A stretch of 55,784 bases of DNA, filler included, from Sluysia triapertura (Eukaryota): NCBI GenBank assembly GCA_046118255.1. It is 4 parts of 4 records of this genome, joined end to end, with 100 filler letters (N's around TTAATTAATTAA, not from the genome) between each part and the next. Parts side by side here need not be neighbours in the genome. Positions count along the whole stretch, not along the records: positions 23,621 to 40,545 come from JBJNIA010195931.1; 3 more parts are not named here. The stretch is one strand, 5' to 3'. Under the pieces are notes generated by a model. That model did not search any database. It had not been told where the DNA came from and saw only the letters and a list, made by a program, of their open reading frames with translations. Positions 23,621-36,988 of this stretch are shown one piece after another. A program made the translations under genes and the position numbers. The stretch's first letter is position 1. Every line of letters starts with the position of its first letter.

Positions 23621-24403
23621 GTCCTGAATTACAGAGATTAGAGTGTCAGGCTTAAAAATTAAAAATTATTTATTTTCTTACTGATTAAACATTAAAAAAT
23701 AATATAACCTTTGATAGAATAAGACAAAATTACGAAGTTAAATAGTTCAAAAACATTTGCGTGATGCTTATATAACTTGTGAATATCAAGTATTAATTTT
23801 CAACTTTAGTTGTAATACTTATAATTACACTTTATTATCATATGGTAAAAAAATTAGATAGACGGTAATTTTCATCCGTCCAGAATTCACTCTAATGTCT
23901 CGATAAGTAAAATTTAAACTTTCATTTAAAATTGAAAGTAATGTGATATTTTTTCCATTCATCAGAAAGCGATTGTAATATATTTTTCATTATTGAAAAT
24001 TCAATTAAATTGTAGTAATTGTAGTAAAAAATGTAGTAAATACGAATGATTCTAAACTAAAAACTATGCACTCAATATAACCTTTTGATATATAATTGCA
24101 CGAAAAATAATAAGATAGATTCGTTATTTCTGACATTGTATATAATTCTGAAAATTATGCACAATCAAATATTCAAATTATTATAAAAAATAGGAGTATA
24201 TAATTTTGCTAATGGCATTGTAGATTTTTGATTTAATACTTCAATTGTTTATTTAATTTAATTGAATTTTTTAAAATTTTAATAACATGTAGATTAAAAA
24301 TTATGATATGTAGCTGTTCTGGCTTTATAAGAGAAAATAGTCACGGCCACGCATAGAATATGTGAAAGATATTATCTACGTAAAATGGTACGATGATGTA
24401 GAA

Positions 24404-25843
24404 CAGTGGTGCCAAACTTGCATACGCACGAGACCAAAACATTTAGTTCAGAAAATTTTGCGGGCCGCAAACATTGAACCTTGGTGTCAATGTTTATAAA
24501 TAAAAAGTGTATAGATATTTCATTTTTTTATTTGTTTTATTGCACAAACTGATTACAAAAAAGTACAAAAATTTAGCATTGTTTCGACGAAGAATGACAT
24601 AATGTTAAGTCTTTGGTTTCAGATAGTGATGTTCTTAATATTGAAACCTTGATCTAAGTGACGATTTATTGATTTTTAGCAAAGAAAAAAGCTGCTCACA
24701 CCAATAAGTACGTCCAAAAATCGCAATAATTCTTGAAGCAAAAAGTCGCATTTCATAAAGTTGTCAGGCAAATACGAATAAAACTCGGGTACACCTACTT
24801 CGTTATATTTTTCTTGCAGTGCCGCATTGCATTGAATTTCTACCAATTCCATTTGCACTTTGCTGCTTGCTTTTTCAGCATTATACGAAAATTGGGCATT
24901 GAACAAGAACATATCTTCTTCACAAGCTTGAAAACTGTGAAATCTAGTGTTGTTTAGCTAATAAATCCATTTTTTCTTTCTGTCATTGCTTTCGTACCGT
25001 CTGTAGCTACACATACTAATTTAGATAAAGGAAGATTATATTTACTTAACAGCTCGGTGACGGATTCAAAAATGTCTAGACCTGTAGTGGTGTTTTTAAG
25101 AGATAAAATGTCGAGGAGTTCTTCAGTCACAGTAAAATTTTTGTCACAAACACGAATAAAGACAGCAAATTGGGCTTGGCCGATAATATCTGTAGTTTCA
25201 TCAATTGCATTTGAAAAATGTTGAGTATTTCTCAAATTATTTTCAAGATTTTGACTACTATTAGTAGCGATATCATTAATTCTCTCAGCAACACAATTTC
25301 TTGATAGTGAAATGTCTTGGATATTTTTGACTTTTTCGGGAAAGAGTATTTCTGCAGATTTTAACATGCACTCTTTAACAGTTTGTGAAACAGTTTGCAC
25401 TTAACCTTCGGAGTTTTCAAACGATTTTTTAAAAAATGATTATTGTTACTTAAGTTCACTTTTTAATTTTTTTAATTTGTCTTTTCTTATTTGCCCGTAT
25501 ATTGCTTATATTCTGAATGCATTTCATAATTATATTATATTATGAAATTAAATTATATATCATAATTAAATTATATTTTTTTAAAAACATTTAGTCTGTT
25601 TACAAATTAAACATGAAGCTTTATCTTTTAGCTCTATAAAAAAGTAATTTAATTCTCATCTTGGTTGAAAAATTCTGTGTTCGTCTAGATTTGATCGTTT
25701 TTATTATTTTTACAAGACAATTTTTATTTTCCGAAAAATAAAAATAAAACGTTGTTTTATTTTTAAGCAATATAAACACGTCTTTAAAAATTAAACATCT
25801 AATCAAGATTTTATGCAAAAATCTGTGATTAAACCAATCACTA
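24404..25843 (-). mobile_element. hAT SPIN/GTF2IRD2-like transposon, internally deleted
   Basis: VKECM..SAE.LFPEK...ISLSRNCVAERI, AIDETTD, QFAVFIR, EELL, VATDG..AM and QMELVEIQC motifs. TIR CAGTGGTGCCAAAC at 24404 is preceded by ATGTAGAA, with subterminal GCGGGCCGCA. The same ATGTAGAA follows CACTA at 25844 (possible TSD; right end tentative). Confidence 0.88.
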
Positions 25844-26512
25844 ATGTAGAAAATCTAAAGCAAATGTAATCTTCGTTGCACAAGTATCAAAGATAAGGTT
25901 ACCATAAAAAATAACACTGAAGCAAATGTAGAACATCAGCTAATCATTAATAATTATGTAAGTTTTAAGTAGTGATTTGCGTTTGGTGGAATTTCTAATT
26001 TATTTATTACGATCCACAATTAGCCAATAGAAGCAAGGTTTTCCTTCAGGTAAACAATGCCAAACCTAATATTCGATGACTCTAATGGATTACACATCCA
26101 TTATAATATAATTCTTGCTGCTTCTGTCAATAAAAGCACTATCTTCAATAGAACGAAATAAAATGGTTAGTAATAATTTGTCGTTTCTAAAAACAAGTAT
26201 TTGTACTTAAATATTATGCAGTTACATCATCGCCGGGAAGTGTTTAGTATATTTTAAATTAATATGTAGTTTGAATTAAAACATTGTAATTTATTTAATT
26301 TTCGAAAATTGTTCATTTCTTTTAAAACAGACTAATACCTATTTATTTACAATTTCATTATCTGAAAAATAATAAAACTTCATTATGTAAATATTATATT
26401 AAACCACTATTTTGTAATTTTAAATATATAAGAAAATTTCGCGTTATTTTATATTAAACATTTTAATTTATTGGAAGTAGTGAAACTCAAATTCGATTTG
26501 TTTATTTTTTAA

Positions 26513-27101
26513 CACTTAAATCGCCGGCGTTGCATAAATGAAATGTTACGCGACTATCGCTAAATCACCGGGGTTGCCATTAACGCATCTTTATCGATGG
26601 TCTTACGAGTTTTATCTTGTCATTTAAATTGATACTGATATAGACATTTTCTTTTGCACACTCAGTTTCTTTGTGTACATTTATGTATGAGTTTACATAC
26701 TCGATATATTTTTCCGTTAAATGAATTTTCAGAAAAATGAATGAATTAAATGAATTTTAAATAATATTTATAAAATATTTAAAAAGAATGTCGATGTGCC
26801 ACGATGAAGAAATCTATGCAGATGATTTATCTTGCAATGAAGAACAGAGTGATTTAGAAAATTCTGAAGACGACGATTTTAGTGGCATTTCCGAAGATAG
26901 TGATGATTCTGAAATTATACCCATCACAAAAAAACGTAGAACTAATCAACATCTAATGACTCGGAATCGGACATAAATGATGTTGAAAACTATTGGTCTC
27001 AAACTGGCAATGAACCATGTCTTGAACAATTTTTGGGAAATGCCCGAGTTACTTCAAATTTCGAATTAAAAAAATGCAAATTAATGCCGGTGGTTTAAGT
27101 A
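26513..27101 (+). mobile_element. piggyBac-like deletion derivative
   Basis: TTAA then CACTTAAATCGCCGGCGTT. The inverted copy AATGCCGGTGGTTTAAGTA ends at 27101, and a subterminal direct copy lies at 26561. It encodes only an acidic N-terminus (DDLS..SDLENSEDDDFS...) and W....N.P..EQF.G, typical of piggyBac transposases. Confidence 0.7.
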
Positions 27102-29468
27102 TGTCTGCGATTAAAATAATAAGTAATTGTATAAAGTCAGTTGTAAAATCATTTAATAAGCTTAATTTTATTGAAAATAAAAATGGGAAATATGCTACGT
27201 ACAATAAGACCTTACAATCCAGTAAAAAATAAAAAGATAAAATCAAAAAATTTATTTGATGTCCGAAATATGACATTATCGATTGTTTGCGATGAAAAGT
27301 ACCAAATTTCCAAACCTTGTTTTTGATAAGTGGAATGACAAAGGAGTCGCATTATATCATCTAATAAAGCGAGGCCACTGAATCAAGCAATGAAAAATTT
27401 TAAATAATTTAATTTTCTCATCTATATATGATATGGTTGCGTTACACTTAATTAAAATATTATACATTTTCTATTCGACTAAGGACTTATTGGACACACA
27501 AGGCAAATGATAACATTTATACTGAAATTTAAATGAACGCGTGAGAGAATGAAAATAATAATAAAATGATATAATTTTGTTTTTCAAATTTATAAAAGTA
27601 AATATATAATATATAATAGATTTAAAAAACTAGTTGAGTGGATAAAAACATGTTTGCTTGTATTTTAGTTTATTTTTTAAAAATAGCATACAAATTGTTT
27701 ATGCATAAATAACTTTAGAAATTAGAAAACTGTTTTTATTGAAATAATTCAAATATAAAAGCAATTTAGTTTTTGTTAAATTCTATTTTTTATTCAATTA
27801 TTTTGCTTATGCACAGAAAAAAAATGCGACATGTATAATAATAATTTCATGGAAAATATTACTGGAAGAATTTATTTATTTTTAGCTGTCTTAGCATTCT
27901 TGATTGTCTGAACTTTTTATTTTATTTTACTTTCTAACTTTAAAATCAGAATTTATTTACACTTTTAATGTTTCTTTGTGTGCATATCTACTTTTATTCA
28001 CAACAATCACTACAATTCAAGAAACACTTTTTTGGTTCATATCAAAATTGATAAAATTCAATCTTCTTGTAACTGCCAAATATATTTTCAGGGCAATTCT
28101 TCAAAATGTGCTTTAAATGAATAATAAGTGATTACATGTTTCAATCAACATGCATGTGACAAAATTTTTTACATTGATTAGAAACTAAATTTAAACATTT
28201 ATAAATTTATAAGGAATGTAAATATAAAATCATGTAAAATTATATTGTTCACAAACATCTACTTTATAATTCAAAACTATCACAAATGTTTAAAATACCC
28301 CAGAAATATTTTCAGAAACACATTGAAAGTTGGAAATGAGCAAACAAATATGAAAAAAAACTTCATCTCGGATCAAACGAAGATACCAATAAAACTTAAC
28401 AAATCCGCTAAAAATATGATTACTAATAGACACGAACCAATAATAACAATGCGGATATAAATGAATAAAGTACGTGATTAGAATACGTACATAGATTAGA
28501 ATAATACATAGTTAAAATATATTACCCAAATGGTAATATGTACTATAATTAATTAGAATGTAGAGAACGCTGGCTGTGAAACCATAATAAAGACCAATAT
28601 ATACAAGTAATTGTGGCATTGAATTGGATAGAAAGTAAAATAATGAATTAAAAGAAGATTATAGAAAAGATCATATGCGATAAAATTGAATAGTTATTGG
28701 TCTTAATGCATGAATGAAGAAAAGTAGTTTATAAATATCAAAATTTTGTAAAATATTTTGATTATTTCGACATTTAAACATTGACACAGTTTGATTACTT
28801 GAACATTATTGAGTTCAGGTATGAGCATTATTTCGAAAAAAAATAAAATAAATTAAATTAAAATCTTTGAAAATTCCAAGAGTTTTTTAATTTTGAAATT
28901 TATTTATAGTTTAAATTTAATTTATTATATAATTAATTTAGAGTTTGATACTACATTCGTAGGTAAGGGATAAACAATTTAAACTCACCTTTTTATTTCT
29001 ATTAAATAAGAGACAAATCAAAAGAATTCGTGATAATAAAAGTTAATATGTAGAAACATGTTCCTATAGATTTAAGCAGAAAAACAAATAACAAATTTCA
29101 AATATAAATATATTTGAAATATAAATATTTCAAAAATTATAAATATAAAGCTCTATCTTTACAAAACATTATTCAGTTTTGTAATCCTAATAAAAATTAA
29201 TGTATAAATTTTAAAAACCTTGCATAATTGTGTAAATTTATTAAAAATATAATAAATTGTTTATCCTATATCTTAAACATGAGAATAACTTTAAAGTATT
29301 TATTTCAATAAATACAGTAGAATTCAGATAATACGAAGCTATAGGTGCAGAAAAAACTTTGGATTAACCGAATAGATGTTATAGACAAGCGATTCATCCA
29401 AAATAATCTACATAGAATTAAACGAATTTTCAAAATAATGGGAACTATGTAGTATATGCTTTATTAAT

Positions 29469-29502
<34 letters not shown>

Positions 29503-29728
29503 ATATTACCATCATCGTCATCATCATCAATTAACTAATTCAATAGAATTAATTTCAGTCCAGTAATTACAACCTAAACACGACACAGATTACAATGATA
29601 AACATTAATTAAAAATAAAAAAATAACAATTATATTTAATTTTCTGCATTATAATTATCATTTAATTTATCAATTATAATTATCTCAATTATTTTCATTT
29701 CATAATTATTTTAAAAATTTCAACTAAC

Positions 29729-30246
29729 ATGAAAATCATGAATATTAGTAGAAAACTTATGTTGGTCTACGCAACTACTTGTAGTATTAGTAGTCCAATT
29801 CGGCACATTTCCTTCATTTCCAAGATTAATAAAAGTAGAAGATGATGAAGGTGAAACAGCTCCGTTAGTACCTATTGATGCAAAGCTACCACCCGCTATT
29901 GTAGTAACAGGTGCATTGGAAACAGTTCCACCGCTGCTACCACAAGTAGCAGAATTTGGCAGAGTTAAGTGGCTACTGTAATCCCCAGTACAATATCCAA
30001 ATTCTCCATTTGTGGTTGATAATGGATTTTGATTACAAGTACCAACTGTAGAGGAAGAAGAGAGCGAAAATGTTTTCATAATACCACTAATAGGAGGAAT
30101 TTTCTTTTGTTTTTGTGAAGGTATTGTACAAGTAGAATGAGAACTTCCGTGTGGAGTAGAGATTACCGAACTGCAAGACACAACAGATGAAGCAGGTGAA
30201 TTTGTGGAACCTGAGGTACACAGAGGCATTGTCTTAAATTTAGTAC
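29729..30246 (-). CDS. Internal exon of an unidentified Ser/Thr/Gly-rich protein
   Basis: TTTCAG acceptor and GTTAGT donor around an open frame. Its phase-1 start matches the phase-1 end of exon 35920-35521. Confidence 0.8.
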
Positions 30247-32119
30247 CTGAAATAAATCACAATAAAAAACTTAGCTCTAAAATATAAAATTCAATTCCTA
30301 AGTTTCAAAAATCGCTTTTCATAATGCATAAAAATCAAAAGCCTATAATTTTTTATATAAAAGCATAAACATTTTTATTTTACTACATAATTGAGTAAAA
30401 TTTTAAAATTAAAGGATAACAAATTAAACCAATTAAATATCAAATATAAATTAAAAATAAATAAATTTTAGATGATCTAAGTAAAACTAAACATTGATAT
30501 ATAAATCATAAGTTTTCACTTTATTAAAATACAAAAAATTAGTAGCATTGATGACAATCAACTGTGACTTTAGCTCTGACCGACGTGTGAATAATCCAAA
30601 ACAATAAGTCTTACCACCAAACCAACAATTGCCAAACTTGAAAATACCTTTATTATTATTATTATTACTATAATTATTATTTGTATATTTGTATATTTCT
30701 GTAAATAAATGACTTTTACATATTTCGAGATTCGATGACACGAGGCCATATATATTGTTATAATCGAATGAAAAATAAAGAAAATTTATACACATATATC
30801 ATCACATTTGTCACACATTTGCAAGCAGAGTACTAAACCTATATAAAGATTTTCAGTAACCTTCAAGAATATTTGACAAGCTTCCCTTTAACTTATCTAT
30901 ATAAATGAAACGATAACCACGCAAGATTATTTAATTATCAGAAATTATGAATCAAGACTCAATGGACGGTGTAACAAAAATAAGTCCCGATATTAAAAAA
31001 ATTAAGAAATATATTTATATTTATTTTTTGATTTGTTGATTACTTATTTATTTGGATGACAGATAAAAATATAACTTTCAACAAATTGGCAGTAAAGCAT
31101 AAAGTTTCAACGAGTTATACAATATGTTAATATTATCATTCAAGCTTACCCTGAAATCGTACTGCTAAGGCTGGAAGAGTTTATTTTATATAATTTTGCT
31201 TATTATAAAAGCTAAAAAATTTAATTTCATCAAGCAAATTAACAAAACACTTATAGAATGATAACTTTTGCGAAAAAGAAAAATTGAATTAAAAAATATG
31301 TAGTTTCTACTTAAGATGTATTTAATATATTCGCGATAAAACCAAAAATGGACTTTAATATTAACCCCAAAGCTGTTATTTAAAACTATGATACATTATT
31401 ACGGATGATTTTTATGCACCTATCGAATCTCGCAACTTCTCTTTAGACAAATACACTGCTTTTAATAGGAAGAATTATGATTCAAAAACTACTAAATCAT
31501 GAATCGCTTAATGAGTTTATTTTAGTTATGTAATTATTTAATTTTTGATTGCATTCGTCGTAGTCATAAAGAGTTTTGATGTTATGCATTTTGGTAATTA
31601 CATTTGTTGTAGTCGTTGTTGAACGTTTTGATATTACTGTTTAATTTATATATTTTTTATATAAATATATAATATATATAAATATATTATATAAATATAT
31701 AAATATATGTGAATTTATTACTCGAAATTTAAATTTGAAATTTGAAACACTGTAATGTAAGTAACATGTGGAAAGTTAACAACTGTCGTCTAAAGAATTT
31801 TTTATTATCACAACGATTTATCATCAGGATTAATTAGGGAAACGTCTTAATTTTACCAGAAAGTTTTTTATGTGATTAAGAATGGCAGATAGTGAATAAA
31901 TTAAATACAAGAGATAAACGAATTGGTATGGAAATTAGTGATTTAATTAATAATTTAATATTTTAATGTAGATATAATTATTCGTATTTATCAGGTTGTT
32001 GAAGATATACAATCAACTAAAATTAGTTATTAATTGATCTCTTTCACAATATTGTGCTAAGTTTAATAATACTGTTGGATTATTTATTGAAAATAATAAT
32101 GTAAATTAAATTGAAAAGA

Positions 32120-34915
32120 GTAACAATGCTTTTATAATATCTTTCACAATATTTTTAAATATCAATTTCGGGACTAATAACGACGCATGCGCATCTCTAA
32201 ATTTGTTTATCTTCAAATTCGACTGTATTGCTTATTAGGACAATTAACCCCATAAAATTCCAAGGTTTTGATTCCATCACTTTCTTTTTAATTAATTTTA
32301 GTTATTAAACCATTGTTCATGTATAACATTATGGTCTGCATCTGTGATTTCCAAACTGGAAGACATGGAATAATGGAAATGGAAGCGCGAAAAGTTTAAC
32401 AGAAATGTAATTTTCATAATTTTTGAAGTAATTACCTACATTACTGCAATTGTGTAGTTTAGAAAACATTGCTACTCGCAATAACTATCAAAGCAATAAC
32501 ATAACATTGAAACATTTCTCGTAACTGTAATGACAGTGGAAGCATTTCAACTGCATGTGATTGTGTTTATTATTATTTTTTACTAACTCAGAGTAATCGT
32601 TAACAATTTAGAAATTGTATTCTTTAAAAATTTATATTTAATTTAAATTTTTTTGGACGAATAGATAAATTTTTAAAAGGTTACATTAGAAAAACCACTA
32701 CTATTGAAGATACTATTGAAAAATAGTTAGAATACAAGCTACACAGAACAAATAGGTTGAACTGCCAAGACAAAAATTAATTTATTCTATTCATCTTTGA
32801 AATTCACACGAAGTGTGTGTTATGTACGAAAACGTTGGCCTCAGATAGTATGAAATTAGGCAATTACAAACAGTATTTAAAAGCATCCATTTTGAATACA
32901 TAAGTAAGCGTAAAGAATTTTTCCAAAGAAAAATAGATGAATAAAATAGACAAATGCAAAAATAGTTCAAATGTATTGCTAACACACCAAGTTTCATACA
33001 GAATCGTGAAATTTAAAAAACCACGCACAATAGGAGAAATTCTAGTATTTACCAGCAGCTATTGATATAGTTAAACTAACATTCGGCGAGTCATATGCAA
33101 AACAGTTGGTGATAAAATCGCTGGTAGAAGAAATGATACAACTATCTTTGCGATCAGATTTCATCTGGAAATCCATTTTCATGTAAATAGATGCGGCGAC
33201 TGATGTAGCCAAAGATTCACATTTAATTACATGTGTTCTTTGTGTTGCAGAAGTCAGTAAAATTAAAGATAAATTTTGGAAAAGCCACTTTTCGTGAAAT
33301 TTTTAATATAATTAACATGTTTTTCGATTAGAACGACGTAACTTAGAATAACTGCTTGGGACTTTGTACTGACGGAACACAGTCAATGTCAAGACACAGG
33401 CAAGTCTTCAGGCATTTGATAAAAAGAAAGAACTCGATGTTACTTTTACTCACTGCATGCTTCTCAGAGCCGCTCTTGTGTCAAAAAAGGAGGAAGGAAC
33501 TTATGAAAGTTATAAACTACATATAAATAATCCTTTAAAAGTTAGGATGTTTGCAAATCTTTGCATACTTCACTTCTACACTATTGCGGATTGCGCCGGC
33601 CTCTCGTACAGAAAAGATTAAAATAGTGCTTGGACTTTTCTTGATGAAAATCACAATGAAGAGGTACAGTTGTTTAGAAGTGATAATTTTATTGCTAAAC
33701 TTGCCAATCTAGTGAAAATTTTTGGAAAATTGAATTCATTAAATAAATCAATTCAAGGTCCATAAATACTTTCACTAATTATAATAAAAAAGTAAGTCCG
33801 ACATATTTCCACTTTTAAAAGATTCATGCACCATAGTTAATATTTACTAGGATTATTTGCTAACGCTTTTTTCAAAATATTATGTACACCATGATTTTAC
33901 AAAATTCGCGAGGATACTGAATCCATTTGTCTATGTAGAAGATGATTAATTTGGATTGACAACTAATGAAAAGGACAAATTGATAGAATTATCAAGCGAT
34001 ACTTTACTAAAGCGTCATTTCAGTGAAACTCTAACTCAGTTTTGGTTAAATCGAAGTAAAGAACATAACATTTTATTAATGCAAAATTGCATTAATGCAA
34101 ATATTGCAAATATTCTGTATTAATTTCAATGAGATCGAAATATCGAGCCCATTTATCAGTATAAACCTAATCGACACCAAGATTTGATAAACTCTGTCCT
34201 AATAAACACGTACACTCATCGCGTTAAAAATGAGTTATAATTATTAATTATTTCATTATATGGGCACGTACATACATGTATACTATGAAAAAAACCTAAT
34301 TTATTGTCAGTTACATTTTCCCACTTTTTATATTAATAAATTATTAATGTCTAAAATACGTCTGTATCATTTTTTGAAAAGGATTTTTTAGTGGAGGCAC
34401 AGTAACAAAGTTTGGAAACTACTGCTCTGCATAAATCTTGAGTTAGAATACCAATTTTGTCTAAACATATTAAACTCAAAAGCTTCTAAATTTCGTACTA
34501 AACAATTTTGGAAGCTATCTGATTACCTATTGATGTTAAAGCTACAGTAACCATAGGTAATAAAGCTTCAAGTACAGTTGTTACAATAGCATAAATAAGA
34601 AGTAAAGCAGTATAAATTCATAAATTACTTCTTACCAATAAAGATGAAATACGTTCGTGCCGCTAAATATATTAATATAAATAAAATGATATATTCCAAC
34701 TGACAGCTCGATACTTAAAAACAAAAAATACCTCCCTACATAGTATTTTTCAGGGATATCACATAATACCAAAAAAAGTTTGTTACGTTATGTGAATTAT
34801 ATTTACATCCACTTAATTTTAGTCTGTAATATATCTAATTTATGTCGTTCTTATTACATTCATATCTTTGTGCTTGTATAGTGTTTTTGCAATTTCTGCA
34901 GATCCTTCCTTGTCT
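32120..34915 (-). pseudogene. P-type ATPase (Na+/K+ or H+/K+ alpha-like, type IIC) pseudogene interrupted by a hAT insertion
   Basis: Right of the hAT: ..MNVIR, YYVGR...LSVGIYHFIYI, AIVTTVLEALLPMVTVALT...IASK/NCLVRNLEAFE/ICLDKIGILTQD (cf. VPEGLL.TVTVCLT...MA.KNCLVKNLEAVE...ICSDKTGTLTQN). Left of the hAT it continues VIHEQWFNN, KPWNFMGLIVLISNTVEF (cf. VAHMWFDN, TW.AL.RIAGLCNRA.F). Confidence 0.8.
32342..34424 (+). mobile_element. hAT Buster (ZBED5/FAM200-like) transposon, decayed, both ends present
   Basis: TIRs CTGTGATTTCCAAACT and AGTTTGGAAACTACTG (13/16 match), with TSD GTCTGCAT/CTCTGCAT (7/8). Remnants include KCVLCTKTLASDSMK, KKPRTIGE, DAATD, LCTDGT.SM and THCML.R.ALVSK. Confidence 0.88.
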
Positions 34916-35520
34916 AATTAAATGTGGTATGTTCCATTCTTCTTTTATTATTTCTTGAGTGTATTTTTGAAATGATTCTTTTCCATTTTTAAATTAAAGT
35001 TTTTCTTAAGTTTATTAAGTTTCTTCAGTTTTTGAGTAGTTTATTTAAAATTCATTTCATTAAATTTTCATTTTAAAATTTAATGTTAAAATTATTTATT
35101 TATTTTTGCTTATAATAAGATGCATTTTCATTTATTTGTAATTCATTTTTAGCGGAAACTAAGAACATAAACAATGAACCTTATAAAGATAATGTATTAA
35201 GCACTCATTAATCAAAATTTAATTTTTTAACATTACATAAAAACAATCAAATACAAAATCATAAAAGAAAAAGATCAATTCTAAATTAAATTATGTAACG
35301 ATTTAAACATAATCATAACGAAATCTAGTTGTCTAACCTGACGTTAAATGAATTTTGAAATGATTTTTGTGCCCTTTTTCTAAATTACAAAATGATTTTG
35401 GCCGTTTAATAAATGTAATTTATTAATTTTTCTTCAATATTTAAAAATTTCTTACATTTATATTTTATTTATATTTTTAATTTATGTGACTTAAATTTTG
35501 ATTTTTATTATATTACTCAC

Positions 35521-35920
35521 CAGTAAAACTAGATGAAAGTTGAGTTCCAGCCAACAAATTGTCTTGGTTTGCAATACTTTGAACTCCATTTCCTCCAGTA
35601 GATCCACCACCAACTACTCCTGCGCTAGTTACTGTACTTGTACCTGTCGAACTTCCAACTCCTCCTCCGCTTGTTAAACAACCTATATTAGGTCCCGTTT
35701 CTGAAGTAGTGTTACTATGATACTTTTTCATCAGAGAAAATGATCTACTGCCTGTAGTATTTGATGAAGTAACGTTAGTATTTGGTGTAGCTGATAATGA
35801 AACTGGTACTGTTGTTGACACACAACCAGAAACTGCTAAGAATTGTTGAGTTTGGTTATGTAAAGCGATTCCGTTGCTTGATAATGGAGAAGTCGAAATC
35901 AATTCATCTTCCCCATTTAT
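35521..35920 (-). CDS. Internal exon of the same unidentified Ser/Thr/Gly-rich protein
   Basis: TTTAG acceptor, open frame INGEDELISTSP...SSSFT, and GTGAGT donor. It splices in frame to exon 30246-29729. Confidence 0.8.
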
Positions 35921-35967
35921 CTAAATTAATGATTTGTGCTTTATGATATAAAACATAAACTTCGTTA

Positions 35968-36256
35968 CAGCGGTTCTCAACAATTATAAAATGTACATTC
36001 AATAAGTAGCATCAATAAAATATTGTATAGGAAACCTACTTTGATTAATGTCAAAAAAATTGATGTAATTTTATTGTTTTGTGAATGTAACGCAATTCCA
36101 AAAAAAGCAGAAATAAACATTTATGCGAGTTGTTGCAACATTATCAGCTGAAATATCATTTGCCAGATAGACCTCGAAAGATTTTGCTTTTTAAAAATAC
36201 GTAATAAAATTTCAAAAGTAATTGAAAATTAATTTTGGTAACGTTGAAAACCGATG
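35968..36256. mobile_element. hAT-type MITE (about 290 bp)
   Basis: TIR pair CAGCGGTTCTCAAC and GTTGAAAACCGATG (12/14 match), with a SPIN/Charlie-like terminus. No clean TSD. Confidence 0.6.
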
Positions 36257-36919
36257 CTTTAACCATTTAAATTAATTATCAACTAATGAGTTGTTATTTT
36301 ATACGTGCAGCATATTTTCTAAGTTTATATACTTGGTTAAAAATTGATTCAAAAAATTGTAGCCAAACATAATCTACCAAATGAACAGTAAATCGATAAT
36401 ACTATAAAGAAATATCAATATACTAGATGTGTTTACAATAATTTCTTTGGTCAATACTTTAAAAAAATCAATTTTAAAAATCTAGCAATTCCAAATTTAT
36501 GTTCAATAAATATTTGATCAAAAAATAAAACTAATTATACATGCGCAGCATACAATTTTGCATACTACGACTAAGACTAAAATAATTAATTAGGAATTAG
36601 AGTAATTAGTTATTTCAAAAATAATCGCAATTATAAAAATGTTTATATAAAAATGTTAAAAGACATTATATTTATTAAATATTAAAATTAATTTTTTGAA
36701 GCCACAAATTAAAATACATTAACAATATAAGTTAAAATTTGTTTAACTAATAATTTAATAAATTTAATATGGCTACGTGATGTTACAGTAATAATAATAA
36801 TAATAAATAAATAATTAACATCAAATTTGTAATAAAATTCATTGTTATATTTGTTAACGCAACAAAAAAAACCTTTATAATCCATGAATTTTATAACTAA
36901 AAAGGCAACATTTCAAAAA

Positions 36920-36922
<3 letters not shown>

Positions 36923-36988
<66 letters not shown>
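36923..36988. repeat. (AAT)n microsatellite
   Basis: Perfect AAT run. Confidence 0.95.

Noticed and set aside
30487-30795. 102-aa ORF containing GNCWFGGKTYCF
   Set aside because: Spans a microsatellite, and the flanking exons already splice in frame without it. No family could be assigned.
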